From: an uncultured Candidatus Saccharibacteria bacterium
GTDB lineage: Bacteria > Patescibacteriota > Saccharimonadia > Saccharimonadales > Saccharimonadaceae
Length of the DNA: 64,000 nucleotides
Direction of reading: 5' to 3'
Assembly: GCA_963519435.1 (NCBI GenBank)
Contig: CAUQMT010000003.1
Location: 48,516 to 112,515, forward strand
Shown: positions 10,463 through 19,760 of the stretch, piece after piece
Numbering within the stretch: position 1 is the stretch's first letter
How the letters are laid out: each line of letters opens with the position of its first letter
Made by a program: the position numbers and the translations under genes
The notes under the pieces: generated by a model
The model's database searches: none
Told to the model about the DNA's origin: nothing
The model's input: the letters and a program-made list of their open reading frames with translations, nothing else

Positions 10463-10557
10463 CTACACTAGGCTAGCTTTTGCAAGAGTTTAATGAACGG
10501 ATTGGGAATAAGCCCCGGATTTTGAGCAGATATCTATAGGTTGCCAGCGTGCCAACC

Positions 10558-11142
10558 TTACGATTCAGGATTATTCTGCTGCACAAACGCCGCCGCCCGC
10601 ATAAAATCATCAATTAGCGTCTGGCGCATACCGCCGTTATATAGCGCTGCTGCCGGATGATACAGCGGAATTACCACGAATTCCAACTCATGCAAACGCA
10701 CCCGCCGCGGCCGACCGTGGTCCTGACTGATCCGCAGCCCAGGGATAAAACCGCCGCCGCTGTGCCTCCCCAGCGTCAGAACTGCCTTTGGCTGGATAAT
10801 CTCCAATTGCCGCATGAGGTACGGCCAAAATTGGCGCTTTTCCTCTGGCAGCGGGTCGCGGTTATTCGGCGGCCGATACTTCACAATGTTGGTAATATAA
10901 ACATCTGAGCGCCGCAAATCAGCTGCCGCCAGCATCTCGTCGAGGAATTTCCCCGCTGCGCCGACGAATGGTTTACCTTGTAAATCTTCGTTCTTACCTG
11001 GTGCTTCGCCGATAAATACGATATCAGCATCAGCATTGCCATCGCCCATAACCAGCTGCGTTGCTTGAGCCGCCAATTCCGAACAAATCCCAGCTTCGAT
11101 AATTTCCGCCGCTAATGCGTCTAATTCAGCTTGCTTATCCAT
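10558..11142 (-). CDS. Uracil-DNA glycosylase, family 4
   Basis: IGEAPGKNED...PFVGAAG; YITNIVKYRPPNNR; YHPAA. Confidence 0.93.
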   Translation of the reverse strand: MDKQAELDALAAEIIEAGICSELAAQATQLVMGDGNADADIVFIGEAPGKNEDLQGKPFVGAAGKFLDEMLAAADLRRSDVYITNIVKYRPPNNRDPLPEEKRQFWPYLMRQLEIIQPKAVLTLGRHSGGGFIPGLRISQDHGRPRRVRLHELEFVVIPLYHPAAALYNGGMRQTLIDDFMRAAAFVQQNNPES

Positions 11143-11160
11143 AATTACATTTTACCAAAA

Positions 11161-11190
11161 TAGTACCCTCTGCTGATACAGAGGGTACTA
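11161..11190. terminator. Hairpin/terminator
   Basis: TAGTACCCTCTG-6nt-CAGAGGGTACTA perfect 12-bp IR. Confidence 0.6.
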
Positions 11191-11205
11191 CCGGCGCGGC
11201 GAATA

Positions 11206-12087
11206 TTAACGCAGCGCAGTTAATTTTTGATTGACAACGCTTGAAAAGTCGTTGTAGTACCGATCCATTCCGCTATCGGTAACCTTGCGGCTAGCGTTAG
11301 TAATTAACGTATAGCCAGTAGTCGACGGTTCTATTGGACGGCGCGGCCGAGCGCTGAAATTACCGCTGGTATAGGCTCTAGCGTATTCGACGTAGTATTT
11401 CTTCAACGAAGTGTAGTAATCGCTCCATTCTTTACCGAAATTAGCCACATTGCTATTATTTGATTTGCTCAGTTTCTGCATCAAGGATGTGCAATCGCCG
11501 TATTTTTGACTAACTTCCTTATCAACTTCATCTGGCTTCTTGCTTATATGGCCAAGATAAAATACGTTATCGCATTTTTTTCTGACCTCGCTATAAACCT
11601 CTACGTACTGCGACAAGCCCTCCATTTCCGGCTTAGCAACATCGTAAGCTTTCTTATACTTATCGTAAGCTTCTTTGACAGCTTTATCGTGCATAATCTT
11701 AGATTTCGATAATTTGTCGTTTAGTTCATCGCGGCTCTTGATAGCGCTATTAACCGTTTCTTTGTAGGCTTCTGGATTACGTACAGATGAATACTGCAAA
11801 CTGTTCAATTTCGAGCTTTCATCATTCATCCACGAAACGGCTTGACGGTAATCTTCTTTGCTCGGCCCCATATTGAGCAGCAAAACAACCACTATTACGA
11901 TAATCAGCAGTAAAAATCCAACAGAACCGCCAATTATTCCCCACAAAGCCCCCTTGCTGAGGCCTTTGTTAACCGGCATTTGCGGCGGCATCGCTGGCTG
12001 CTGCATAGGTGGCGCGGACATTGGAGCTGGTGGCTGCGCAGGCGGCACTGACTGCGGCGATTCAGGTGGTTGCGGTTGATTGTTCAT
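11206..12087 (-). CDS. Hypothetical single-pass membrane protein (Pro/Gln-rich N-terminus, helical ectodomain)
   Basis: 293-aa ORF with TM LWGIIGGSVGFLLLIIVIVVVLLL. Confidence 0.75.
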   Translation of the reverse strand: MNNQPQPPESPQSVPPAQPPAPMSAPPMQQPAMPPQMPVNKGLSKGALWGIIGGSVGFLLLIIVIVVVLLLNMGPSKEDYRQAVSWMNDESSKLNSLQYSSVRNPEAYKETVNSAIKSRDELNDKLSKSKIMHDKAVKEAYDKYKKAYDVAKPEMEGLSQYVEVYSEVRKKCDNVFYLGHISKKPDEVDKEVSQKYGDCTSLMQKLSKSNNSNVANFGKEWSDYYTSLKKYYVEYARAYTSGNFSARPRRPIEPSTTGYTLITNASRKVTDSGMDRYYNDFSSVVNQKLTALR

Positions 12088-12172
12088 AGACTTCCCCTCT
12101 TTTATAAGTGTATCTCTATTAAGTATAGCAAAACTTAAGCTGTTCCGTATAGTATTCGTTTATGTAGAAATA

Positions 12173-14299
12173 TTATCGCTGTTCAATTCCCTTCATTGTC
12201 AAGCTTAGGCGTCCGCGGTTATCAATTTCTGTTAACTTAACACGTACCGTTTGACCCTCTTTCAAGACATCAGTTACTTTGCCGACTCGTTTATCTGATA
12301 GTTGTGAAATATGCAACATACCGTCAATCCCCGGCAGAATATTCACGAAGGCCCCGAAATCTTTGATACTGACCACCTTACCCTCGTAGATTTTGCCAAC
12401 CTCTGGCTCCTCGACCAGGCTCTTGATCCAGTTTAGCGCTTTCTCGATCGATTCACCATTCGGACTGGCGATAGTAATCAAGCCGTCTTCCTTGATATCA
12501 ACTTCAGCACCAGTTTCCGAGGTAATCTTGTTAATCACCTCGCCGCCCTTGCCGATGACCGCACCGATTTTATCCGGGTCAATCTTCAGTTTTTCGATAC
12601 GCGGCGCATACGGGCTAAGCGCCTCACGCGGCTCTGGCAAAATACTCAGCATATGCTGCAGAATATGCGCCCGGCCCGCCTTGCTCTGCTCGATCGCCTG
12701 GCGCAGCACCGCCACCGGCAAGCCGTGCACTTTCATGTCCATCTGCAGCGCCGTGATGCCCTTGGCTGTACCAGTCACCTTGAAATCCATATCGCCGGCA
12801 AAATCCTCGGCATCAGCAATATCGCTCAGTACGTACGGCGTATCACCGTCCATCATCAGACCCATGGCAATGCCGCTAACCGGCGCCGAGAGAGGCACGC
12901 CGGCATCCATCAGCGCCAAACAGCTCGAGCAAGTCGCCGCCATTGACGTCGAACCGTTCTGACTCATAATTTCGGTAACACTACGAATAGCGTACGGGAA
13001 ATCTTCCTCGCTCGGCAGCACTGGCGTTAAGGCTCGCTCTGCCAAATAGCCGTGGCCAATCTCGCGCCGGCCCGGGCTGCCCATCCGCTTAACCTCGCCA
13101 ACCGTATAGCCCGGCGCATTGTAATGATGCATATAGCGCCGCTCGCCGTCGTTAACCTCCATAGTATCAACCAGCTGCGCGTAACTCAGCGGCGCCAAAG
13201 TCACAATGTTCATACCCTGCGTCACGCCGCGGGTAAACAAGCTCGAACCGTGCGCTCGCGGCAGCAAACCAACCTCTGAGCTGAGCGGGCGAATTTCCGT
13301 CAAGGCGCGGCCGTCTGGACGCATATTATCCTCGACGATACCGCGGCGCACATCTTTATGCAGCGCTAAGGTAAATGCTTCATCGTATTCGTCGCGTACT
13401 TCGTCGTACTCCTCAGCACCCAAGCCCAGCTTTTCGGCCATCGCTTCGTGGAATGCCCAGCGAATCTCATTAACCACCTCGTTGCGCTCTGGATACGGCC
13501 GGCGGATTTTCTCACCCAGCTTGCCGTCAACCCACGCATCAGCCGTCTGCTGAATTGTTTCGTCGGGTAAGACTAATTCATATTCCTGCGGGGTCGGCGC
13601 GACTTTGGCAGCTAGCTCACGCTGCAGCTGAATCGCCGGCTGCATCATCTGGTGCGCCCAGGCCATAGCGTCGACGATCACCTCTTCTGATACCTCCTTA
13701 GCGCCGGATTCCACCATGGTAATACCGCTGGCAATACCGGCCACCACTAGGTCCAAATCAGATCGCTCACGCTCCTCCGGCGTCAAAAAGGCCTTAAACT
13801 CGCCATTCACGCGGCCAACCCGCAAGCCCGCTACCGGCCCGTCAAACGGCGTCCCGGTCAGCATCAAGGCACTCGACGCCGCAATCATCGCCACCACGTC
13901 CGGACGGAAATCCGGATCCATGCTCAGCACTGTCGCCACCACTTGCACTTCCTGGCGGTAGCCCTTTGGAAACAGCGGCCGAATCGGACGGTCGATTAAC
14001 CGGCCTATTAGCACCGCCTCGTCGCTAGGACGGCCTTCGCGCTTGATAAACCGCGAACCAGAAATTTTACCCGCCGCATAGAACCGTTCTTCGTAATCAA
14101 TCGATAGCGGGAAATAATCCAGCTGCACCGGCCGGCTACCTACCTGGGCACTGCCCAGCACCACCGTATCGCCATAGCGCACCAGCACGCTGCCCGTCGT
14201 CCGAAAGCCGACGCGGTTAACCTCCAGCGTCAGCGGCCGGCCGCACAGCTCGGTGGTAACGCTAAAAATCTCCTTGCCGCTCGGGTTAATAATACTCAT
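12173..14299 (-). CDS. pnp: Polyribonucleotide nucleotidyltransferase
   Basis: RLIDRPIRPLFP; RREIGHG; NGSTSMA; GDMDFKV; KH and S1 domains. Confidence 0.98.
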   Translation of the reverse strand: MSIINPSGKEIFSVTTELCGRPLTLEVNRVGFRTTGSVLVRYGDTVVLGSAQVGSRPVQLDYFPLSIDYEERFYAAGKISGSRFIKREGRPSDEAVLIGRLIDRPIRPLFPKGYRQEVQVVATVLSMDPDFRPDVVAMIAASSALMLTGTPFDGPVAGLRVGRVNGEFKAFLTPEERERSDLDLVVAGIASGITMVESGAKEVSEEVIVDAMAWAHQMMQPAIQLQRELAAKVAPTPQEYELVLPDETIQQTADAWVDGKLGEKIRRPYPERNEVVNEIRWAFHEAMAEKLGLGAEEYDEVRDEYDEAFTLALHKDVRRGIVEDNMRPDGRALTEIRPLSSEVGLLPRAHGSSLFTRGVTQGMNIVTLAPLSYAQLVDTMEVNDGERRYMHHYNAPGYTVGEVKRMGSPGRREIGHGYLAERALTPVLPSEEDFPYAIRSVTEIMSQNGSTSMAATCSSCLALMDAGVPLSAPVSGIAMGLMMDGDTPYVLSDIADAEDFAGDMDFKVTGTAKGITALQMDMKVHGLPVAVLRQAIEQSKAGRAHILQHMLSILPEPREALSPYAPRIEKLKIDPDKIGAVIGKGGEVINKITSETGAEVDIKEDGLITIASPNGESIEKALNWIKSLVEEPEVGKIYEGKVVSIKDFGAFVNILPGIDGMLHISQLSDKRVGKVTDVLKEGQTVRVKLTEIDNRGRLSLTMKGIEQR

Positions 14300-14316
14300 A
14301 AAAGAGCTCCTTTCTT

Positions 14317-14407
14317 CGCGGCAAGTAACAGGGATGAAAATTCGTCTTGGCTAGGCTTGGCGATTCAAAGCCGCGCGCCGCAAATTCTCGTCTCTATCAC
14401 TTCCGCG
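14317..14407 (-). promoter_or_regulatory. Long stem-loop in pnp 5' leader
   Basis: Arms 14317-14343 and 14382-14407 pair (with G.U) on the minus-strand transcript; TGnTATAAT about 14425-14433 upstream. Confidence 0.65.
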
Positions 14408-14506
14408 TTAACAATAACTACTTTATTATAGCAGACAACAAAGGTTATTTCATCTATATCACGTCATGCTATTGCTTTTTTATCATGTTTATGCTATAAT
14501 AAAAAA

Positions 14507-15418
14507 ATGAGCACGCTTCCTGTAGTTCAGCTAAGACGCCGCCAAGAGTTCTGGCTAAAAAGCCAAGAGACCGCGAAAGAATTACGGCGAGAAGCGCATA
14601 CGATCGATCCAGAACGTCCGCGGCGCGGTATCGGCCAAGCTGCGCACAATCTACTGCACGTGATGAATCAGATTGAACACCCAACTGCTGAAACTAACCA
14701 GCAAAAAGAGTTCTACATTCTCTACGGCACCTATCGCGACTGGATTGCTGCTGTAACTGCCGAAAAAACAGCTAGAGACTCAAATAGGAGGCCTTCTCCT
14801 AAAGATCGCGAAAAAATTGTTAGTGTGCATTCTTCATTCAACGACTCACTACGCGAAATTTTTAACCGCTGGGGCACTACTATCACGCCAGCTGATATAA
14901 TGCAGATTCTAAATAATTTTATCCCTATAGCCGACAAACCCCACTACCGCAAAAAAATGGAAACAAGCATAAAAGGTGTACGTACAGAATTACTAGCTGA
15001 GCTAGCTCTCGAAAACATGGGCTTTGAAGTGGTCCGTGCGACTACCGAACAAGACAAGAGAGGTATTGATTATCTTATAACTGACAGCCAGGGAAAGCAA
15101 ACAGCGATAGATATTAAATCTTCAAGATTTAAAGCGAACAAAACCAATGATCGAAACGCTAAGTATTATAATGACGGTACTATAGCTATCTGTCCATTTT
15201 CGCCCGAAACCCTCGAAAGTATTCATACGGTTTTGCCTAAAGACCCGTACGGAGAAATGTTACAACCTTCAGAAGAGATGCTTGCAAATCTATATACTTC
15301 TGGTATTGTAGATAAGCATGAATATACTAGAATTATGAATGAATTAGAGAGACAGATGAAAGATCTGCGTGAGAGAAATAATAATCCGGCATCCAGAGGA
15401 AAACTAGTTCATGTCTAG
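14507..15418 (+). CDS. Hypothetical protein with putative PD-(D/E)XK nuclease fold
   Basis: E..A...L...GFEV....EQDKRGIDYL...AIDIKSS pattern. Confidence 0.55.
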   Translation: MSTLPVVQLRRRQEFWLKSQETAKELRREAHTIDPERPRRGIGQAAHNLLHVMNQIEHPTAETNQQKEFYILYGTYRDWIAAVTAEKTARDSNRRPSPKDREKIVSVHSSFNDSLREIFNRWGTTITPADIMQILNNFIPIADKPHYRKKMETSIKGVRTELLAELALENMGFEVVRATTEQDKRGIDYLITDSQGKQTAIDIKSSRFKANKTNDRNAKYYNDGTIAICPFSPETLESIHTVLPKDPYGEMLQPSEEMLANLYTSGIVDKHEYTRIMNELERQMKDLRERNNNPASRGKLVHV

Positions 15419-15818
15419 CGAAACCAGCTCCTTAGAAAGAGGCGGCTCAGCAAGCTCATGGCTTACTCAATACGATCTGGTTAATCCAGAAAAGGCGTAT
15501 GACGACATTACCAACTCAATCAAGAACAGAGAAAAGGTTACACTGGCAGCGATAGTGTCCGCTGGTATAGGGGAAATCTCGGTTAGAGCCACTATTACTC
15601 AAGTTGAAGTTGAAGTTTTATTTAATGGGCTCGACCGAGTAGAGGCAGATAGATTGTTCGGGTCTGACGGCTCGCCTCAACTCGAGGCTAGAGGCGTAAC
15701 CAAACACCCTAACTCTCTGGACTCAGATGATGGCGATAAAAAACCTCTGATCGTTGTTTTCCAGCAAAGCGATGGTAATAATATTGATTCCGGACACTTT
15801 TTCCTGGAAACCGAATAA
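15411..15818 (+). CDS. Hypothetical acidic protein
   Basis: 135-aa ORF overlapping the upstream stop by 8 nt. Confidence 0.6.
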   Translation: MSSETSSLERGGSASSWLTQYDLVNPEKAYDDITNSIKNREKVTLAAIVSAGIGEISVRATITQVEVEVLFNGLDRVEADRLFGSDGSPQLEARGVTKHPNSLDSDDGDKKPLIVVFQQSDGNNIDSGHFFLETE

Positions 15819-15904
15819 TATCCTTGATATTATAATCTTAATGCTAGCCCCTGCTAAATTAAGCTAATCGCAAGCTATTCAAACTTAATCAACAAGGAGG
15901 CCTA

Positions 15905-16402
15905 ATGCCACAAACCGAAAGTCTATATACTGGGCGGCGCATTAATGTACGCGCTATTATTTATCGCGAAGGAAAAATACTCGCCGTCAAACATCGCCGC
16001 GGCGACCAAGCGGCCTCTTATTACGCCGTACCAGGCGGCGGTCTCGACCCGCACGAGTCGCTAACTGAATGTTTAATCCGCGAATTACGCGAAGAAACTG
16101 GCGTGACCGCCAAACCTGGCAAACTGCTATTCATTCAGCAATTCCCATCATCGCGGGCTGGCTACGAAGAAGAGCTAGAGTTCTTCTTCGCGGTCGATAA
16201 TCCTGATGACTTTACTGATATTGACATTAGCCAAACAACACATGGCGCCCAAGAATTAGCGCTTTGCGAGTATATCGACCCGTCGCAATGCGTTCTCTAC
16301 CCCGAATTTCTACAGCACACCGATATCGCACAGTACATCAATAGCAGCCAGCCGGTTCTCGTCGTCGATAATTTCAACGAGCAACACCAACAACTACTCT
16401 AG
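15905..16402 (+). CDS. NUDIX hydrolase
   Basis: Nudix box PGGGLDPHESLTECLIRELREETG; SD AAGGAGG. Confidence 0.92.
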   Translation: MPQTESLYTGRRINVRAIIYREGKILAVKHRRGDQAASYYAVPGGGLDPHESLTECLIRELREETGVTAKPGKLLFIQQFPSSRAGYEEELEFFFAVDNPDDFTDIDISQTTHGAQELALCEYIDPSQCVLYPEFLQHTDIAQYINSSQPVLVVDNFNEQHQQLL

Positions 16403-17062
16403 CGTCACGTTTTGCCGCGCCCAATCAACCGCCGCTTGCGCCCGTTTGCGCGCCTCCAAGCTCTTTCGCGGCGGACGGTCGTCGCCCCACCACTGCCGCC
16501 AGGCCCAATCTGCCGGGTTGAGGCATTCTAGGCAATCCATGTGGCGTAATTTACCGTTCACGAACTCTTCATTGCGCTCGGTATAGACAAGTTCGTAGCC
16601 GCACTTCTCAAGCGCCCGCCAGCTCGCCGCGTTGCCGTGGATGACTGCCGACTTAATTCGGTGCAGACCTAGATTTTCGAAAGCATACCAGGTTCGTGCC
16701 CGGTGGCAAGCACTAGCAATCCCCTGGCCCCAATATTTTTTATCGGCAATAACTATACCACTTGTCGCATAATGAACGTGATCTTTGGTTATCTCGGTAA
16801 GCGCTGTGTTGCCGATCAGCTGGCGCTTGTCGCCATCCATAACCCAAATACCCCAGTTTAGGCTGGTTTTGTTCTTGATCATTTCATCATACCAGGCTTG
16901 CTCGGTCTCGATTGTCTGCGCTCGGTGCGCTGATAAGTACTGTGTTACCGTGCCGAGCGCAAAACCCTCGACAAACACCGCTAGATTATCGCGCGCAAAC
17001 GGTGCCAGTTCAACCGATAAGCCCCTATCAGTTGTTAATTTCATCATCGGCCCAAACGCCAT
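16394..17062 (-). CDS. GNAT N-acetyltransferase (RimJ/RimL-like)
   Basis: YWGQGIAS; LGLHRI...NAASWRALEKCGY; start moved to ATG 17062 after SD AAAGGAG. Confidence 0.85.
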   Translation of the reverse strand: MAFGPMMKLTTDRGLSVELAPFARDNLAVFVEGFALGTVTQYLSAHRAQTIETEQAWYDEMIKNKTSLNWGIWVMDGDKRQLIGNTALTEITKDHVHYATSGIVIADKKYWGQGIASACHRARTWYAFENLGLHRIKSAVIHGNAASWRALEKCGYELVYTERNEEFVNGKLRHMDCLECLNPADWAWRQWWGDDRPPRKSLEARKRAQAAVDWARQNVTLE

Positions 17063-17135
17063 TGTGCACTCCTTTCGCTTAATTGTGTTTATATTATACA
17101 CAATTGCGGAGGTTTAGTACACAAATAGTTATAAA

Positions 17136-18389
17136 CTATAAACTTTCAACGATACTCTGTAGATCTCTGCGAACTTTGCCAGCAAATTTCTGCAAAGCCG
17201 AGCCGCTACCTGGTTCGGTTTGCCATATTGGCGACTGCGGGTTAGCTTCTCTCACTAAGTCAGACATTGCTTGAAGAGTTTCCGCACTAACGTTTAGTCC
17301 TCCTTTAGCTTCTAGCCTACCGGCTAGCTCTACCCTAACATTTTGGTCAAGAAATCCGCCATAAGCCCTCAAGAAGTCTCCCGCCCATTTGTCGGCTCTT
17401 TCTTGGTCGAATGGTTGGCGCTCGCCAGGTTTTGTCGTATTTTGCTCTCCAGCGGCCTGTTTTCCGTCTGACTTCGATACGTCTGCTTCAGATTTTACCG
17501 TATTTTTTTGATTGCCATCTGGCTGCTCTACTGGTGATGTCTTATCTTCTGCCGGCTGCCCGACCTGTTCTGCCGGATTTTTCTCTACGGCGCGATCACT
17601 TGTGACAGGTTTAGCTTCTGCCTTTGGACTTTCGTTTCTAACGGTTTCTGGCGGCGTGCTTTCTTTCGGCGCTTTAGGTTCAGGCTCGCTAGACGGCTTG
17701 GCGGCGGCAGTTTCTGCTTTCGGAAGCTCAGCACGCGGCGGCAACGGTGTTTCTTCTACTTTGGGCACAGCATCGCTAGCACTGGTCTCATGCGATACCA
17801 GCTCACTTGGTTCCTCGCGTATCGCTGGCTGCTCGTATACTGCTTGCTCAACTGGCGGCCGTGAGGCATATTGAACTAGATTATCGCCTCTATCCCTGTT
17901 ATGCTCACCCCTGACAATACCATCAACCAAATCCTCTGGAACGCCTTTTGCTAACAAATCAGCGCGCCGATTGAGCATTTCATCAACACTTTGCGGCCCT
18001 CTCTCGGCGTCAGCATGCGACGGCAACTTACCAGTTATTTTCTCGCCAGTCATGAAAACCCGGCGGGTAGAAGCACGTTCGTTGGTCGGCGCTATTCCGC
18101 CGTCAGTAGCGGCTTTATAAGCCTCGCCAACCAGCAGCTGTCTGCCGGTATTCGACTCTTGGCGTGCCATAGCGGGCGGCTTATCGCCGAAAGCAATCGC
18201 CACCGCATCGCGAGCATCATTGACTTTCTTGGCCCGGCCAGCCGGCGTCCATTCGTGCGGCATGCCACTATCATTATCAAAAGAGTTAGACTCAACTGTT
18301 GGACTAATACCATACTTTTCATAATCAAACGATTCGCCTGGAGTGTTATCAGGCGCTTCATGAGATGGAGATAGTTCTCTTGTGATCAT
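17136..18389 (-). CDS. Hypothetical low-complexity (P/E/A/S-rich) protein
   Basis: 417-aa ORF with disordered central region. Confidence 0.7.
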   Translation of the reverse strand: MITRELSPSHEAPDNTPGESFDYEKYGISPTVESNSFDNDSGMPHEWTPAGRAKKVNDARDAVAIAFGDKPPAMARQESNTGRQLLVGEAYKAATDGGIAPTNERASTRRVFMTGEKITGKLPSHADAERGPQSVDEMLNRRADLLAKGVPEDLVDGIVRGEHNRDRGDNLVQYASRPPVEQAVYEQPAIREEPSELVSHETSASDAVPKVEETPLPPRAELPKAETAAAKPSSEPEPKAPKESTPPETVRNESPKAEAKPVTSDRAVEKNPAEQVGQPAEDKTSPVEQPDGNQKNTVKSEADVSKSDGKQAAGEQNTTKPGERQPFDQERADKWAGDFLRAYGGFLDQNVRVELAGRLEAKGGLNVSAETLQAMSDLVREANPQSPIWQTEPGSGSALQKFAGKVRRDLQSIVESL

Positions 18390-18504
18390 TTTTGTTTTGC
18401 CGTTTACTTACCTTTTTATGCTAGCATAGCTTATGCTTTTTGTCAATAATATTACTTAGATTAGTATTTTTAGCAATACGGCAGCTGCGATCTACCTTTA
18501 CAAA

Positions 18505-18537
18505 CCAAAAACCGCCTCGATATGAGACGGTTTTTGG
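18505..18537. terminator. Terminator downstream of rpsO
   Basis: CCAAAAACCG...CGGTTTTTGG inverted repeat. Confidence 0.7.
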
Positions 18538-18551
18538 CCCAGGCTGCACGT

Positions 18552-18818
18552 TTATTTGCGCAGACCGAGCTTCTCTAGCGTTGCCTTGTAGGCCTCAAAG
18601 TTCGTCTTCTCAAGGTATTTCAGCAGGCGCTTGCGCTTACCTACCATCTGAATCAGTCCGCGGCGCGCCATACGGTCGTGCTTATTGGACTTGAGATGTT
18701 CAGTCACCTCTTTGATACGAGCCGTCAAGATCGAAATCTGCGCTTGCGGACTGCCGACATCGTTCTCGTTGACCTGAGTCAAAGCAATAGCTTTCGCTTT
18801 GTTATCCTTTGATATCAT
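18552..18818 (-). CDS. rpsO: 30S ribosomal protein S15
   Basis: DVGSPQAQISILT...HDRMARRGLIQMVGKRKRLLKYL. Confidence 0.98.
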   Translation of the reverse strand: MISKDNKAKAIALTQVNENDVGSPQAQISILTARIKEVTEHLKSNKHDRMARRGLIQMVGKRKRLLKYLEKTNFEAYKATLEKLGLRK

Positions 18819-18984
18819 AACTAATAACTTTAGCAGAGATACGCTAATCAGTCAAGTTATGCGAACTCCTTATCATATCTATCACTCTATAGATTTTCTC
18901 AATATCGTCAATCGTCATCTGACGAGACTGATCTATCCAGCCCTTAATAAGTTTGGTATCTAAATAAGCAAATTTCTATGCTTC

Positions 18985-19683
18985 TTATGATTCAATGCCA
19001 AGATCGGCCAATTTCTGCGCTTGACTAACTTGCCAATCAGCAATCTGCGTACGGCGCAATTCTTGACAGTAAGCGCCCGTGTTTAGCGCCTCACCGATGT
19101 CAACTGCCAAACTACGAATATAGGTACCGCTAGAGACATGGGCTCGAACTTTGAGCAGCGGATAAGCGTAATCAAGCAGCTCCAGCGCATAAACCGTCAC
19201 TGTACGTTCTGGTATATCAACTTTTTTACCACTGCGGGCTAATTTGTAAGCCCGCTGTCCGTTAATTTTGATAGCACTGAACGCTGGCGGACGCTGTTTG
19301 ATATCGCCAACGAATTGCGCTAGAACATACTTAACTGCTGCTGCATCCGGTTGTTTGAGTAAAGGTAAAGATTCAGCTCCTTGTAGTTCGTCGCTTGCAA
19401 CGTACGGCATAATTTCGCCTTCCGGGTCGCCAGTTGTACTAGTCTGCCCCAACCGGAACGTCGCTTCATAAACTTTATCAAGCTTGGTATAACGCATCGC
19501 GTTGCGGCATTCCTTGCCCGTAACCAAAATCAACAGGCCCGTCGCAAACGGATCAAGCGTCCCGCAATGACCGACTTTGACTTTTTTGCCAACCCGATGG
19601 CTAAGCACGCGGCGAACCCGCGCCACCACCCCGAAGCTAGTCATGCCTGGCAGCTTATCGATCAATATAACCCTGTCATTCAT
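18985..19683 (-). CDS. truB: tRNA pseudouridine(55) synthase
   Basis: KVGHCGTLDPFATGLL; PPAFSAIKINGQRAY; SSGTYIRSL. Confidence 0.96.
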   Translation of the reverse strand: MNDRVILIDKLPGMTSFGVVARVRRVLSHRVGKKVKVGHCGTLDPFATGLLILVTGKECRNAMRYTKLDKVYEATFRLGQTSTTGDPEGEIMPYVASDELQGAESLPLLKQPDAAAVKYVLAQFVGDIKQRPPAFSAIKINGQRAYKLARSGKKVDIPERTVTVYALELLDYAYPLLKVRAHVSSGTYIRSLAVDIGEALNTGAYCQELRRTQIADWQVSQAQKLADLGIES

Positions 19684-19760
19684 ATTTCAAGTATATCAGC
19701 ATACCCCGTAGCATTGATTCTAAAATCTTTTCAGGGCCAATCTGAAGCCTATTCGCAAAC

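Noticed and set aside
18844..18975. Open frame KFAYLDTKLIKGWIDQ... between truB and rpsO
   Set aside because: No start codon at its 5' end and no recognisable family; at most a gene remnant.
19350..19420. Short extra peptide in TruB as a third palindromic insert
   Set aside because: No convincing inverted repeat in the DNA.
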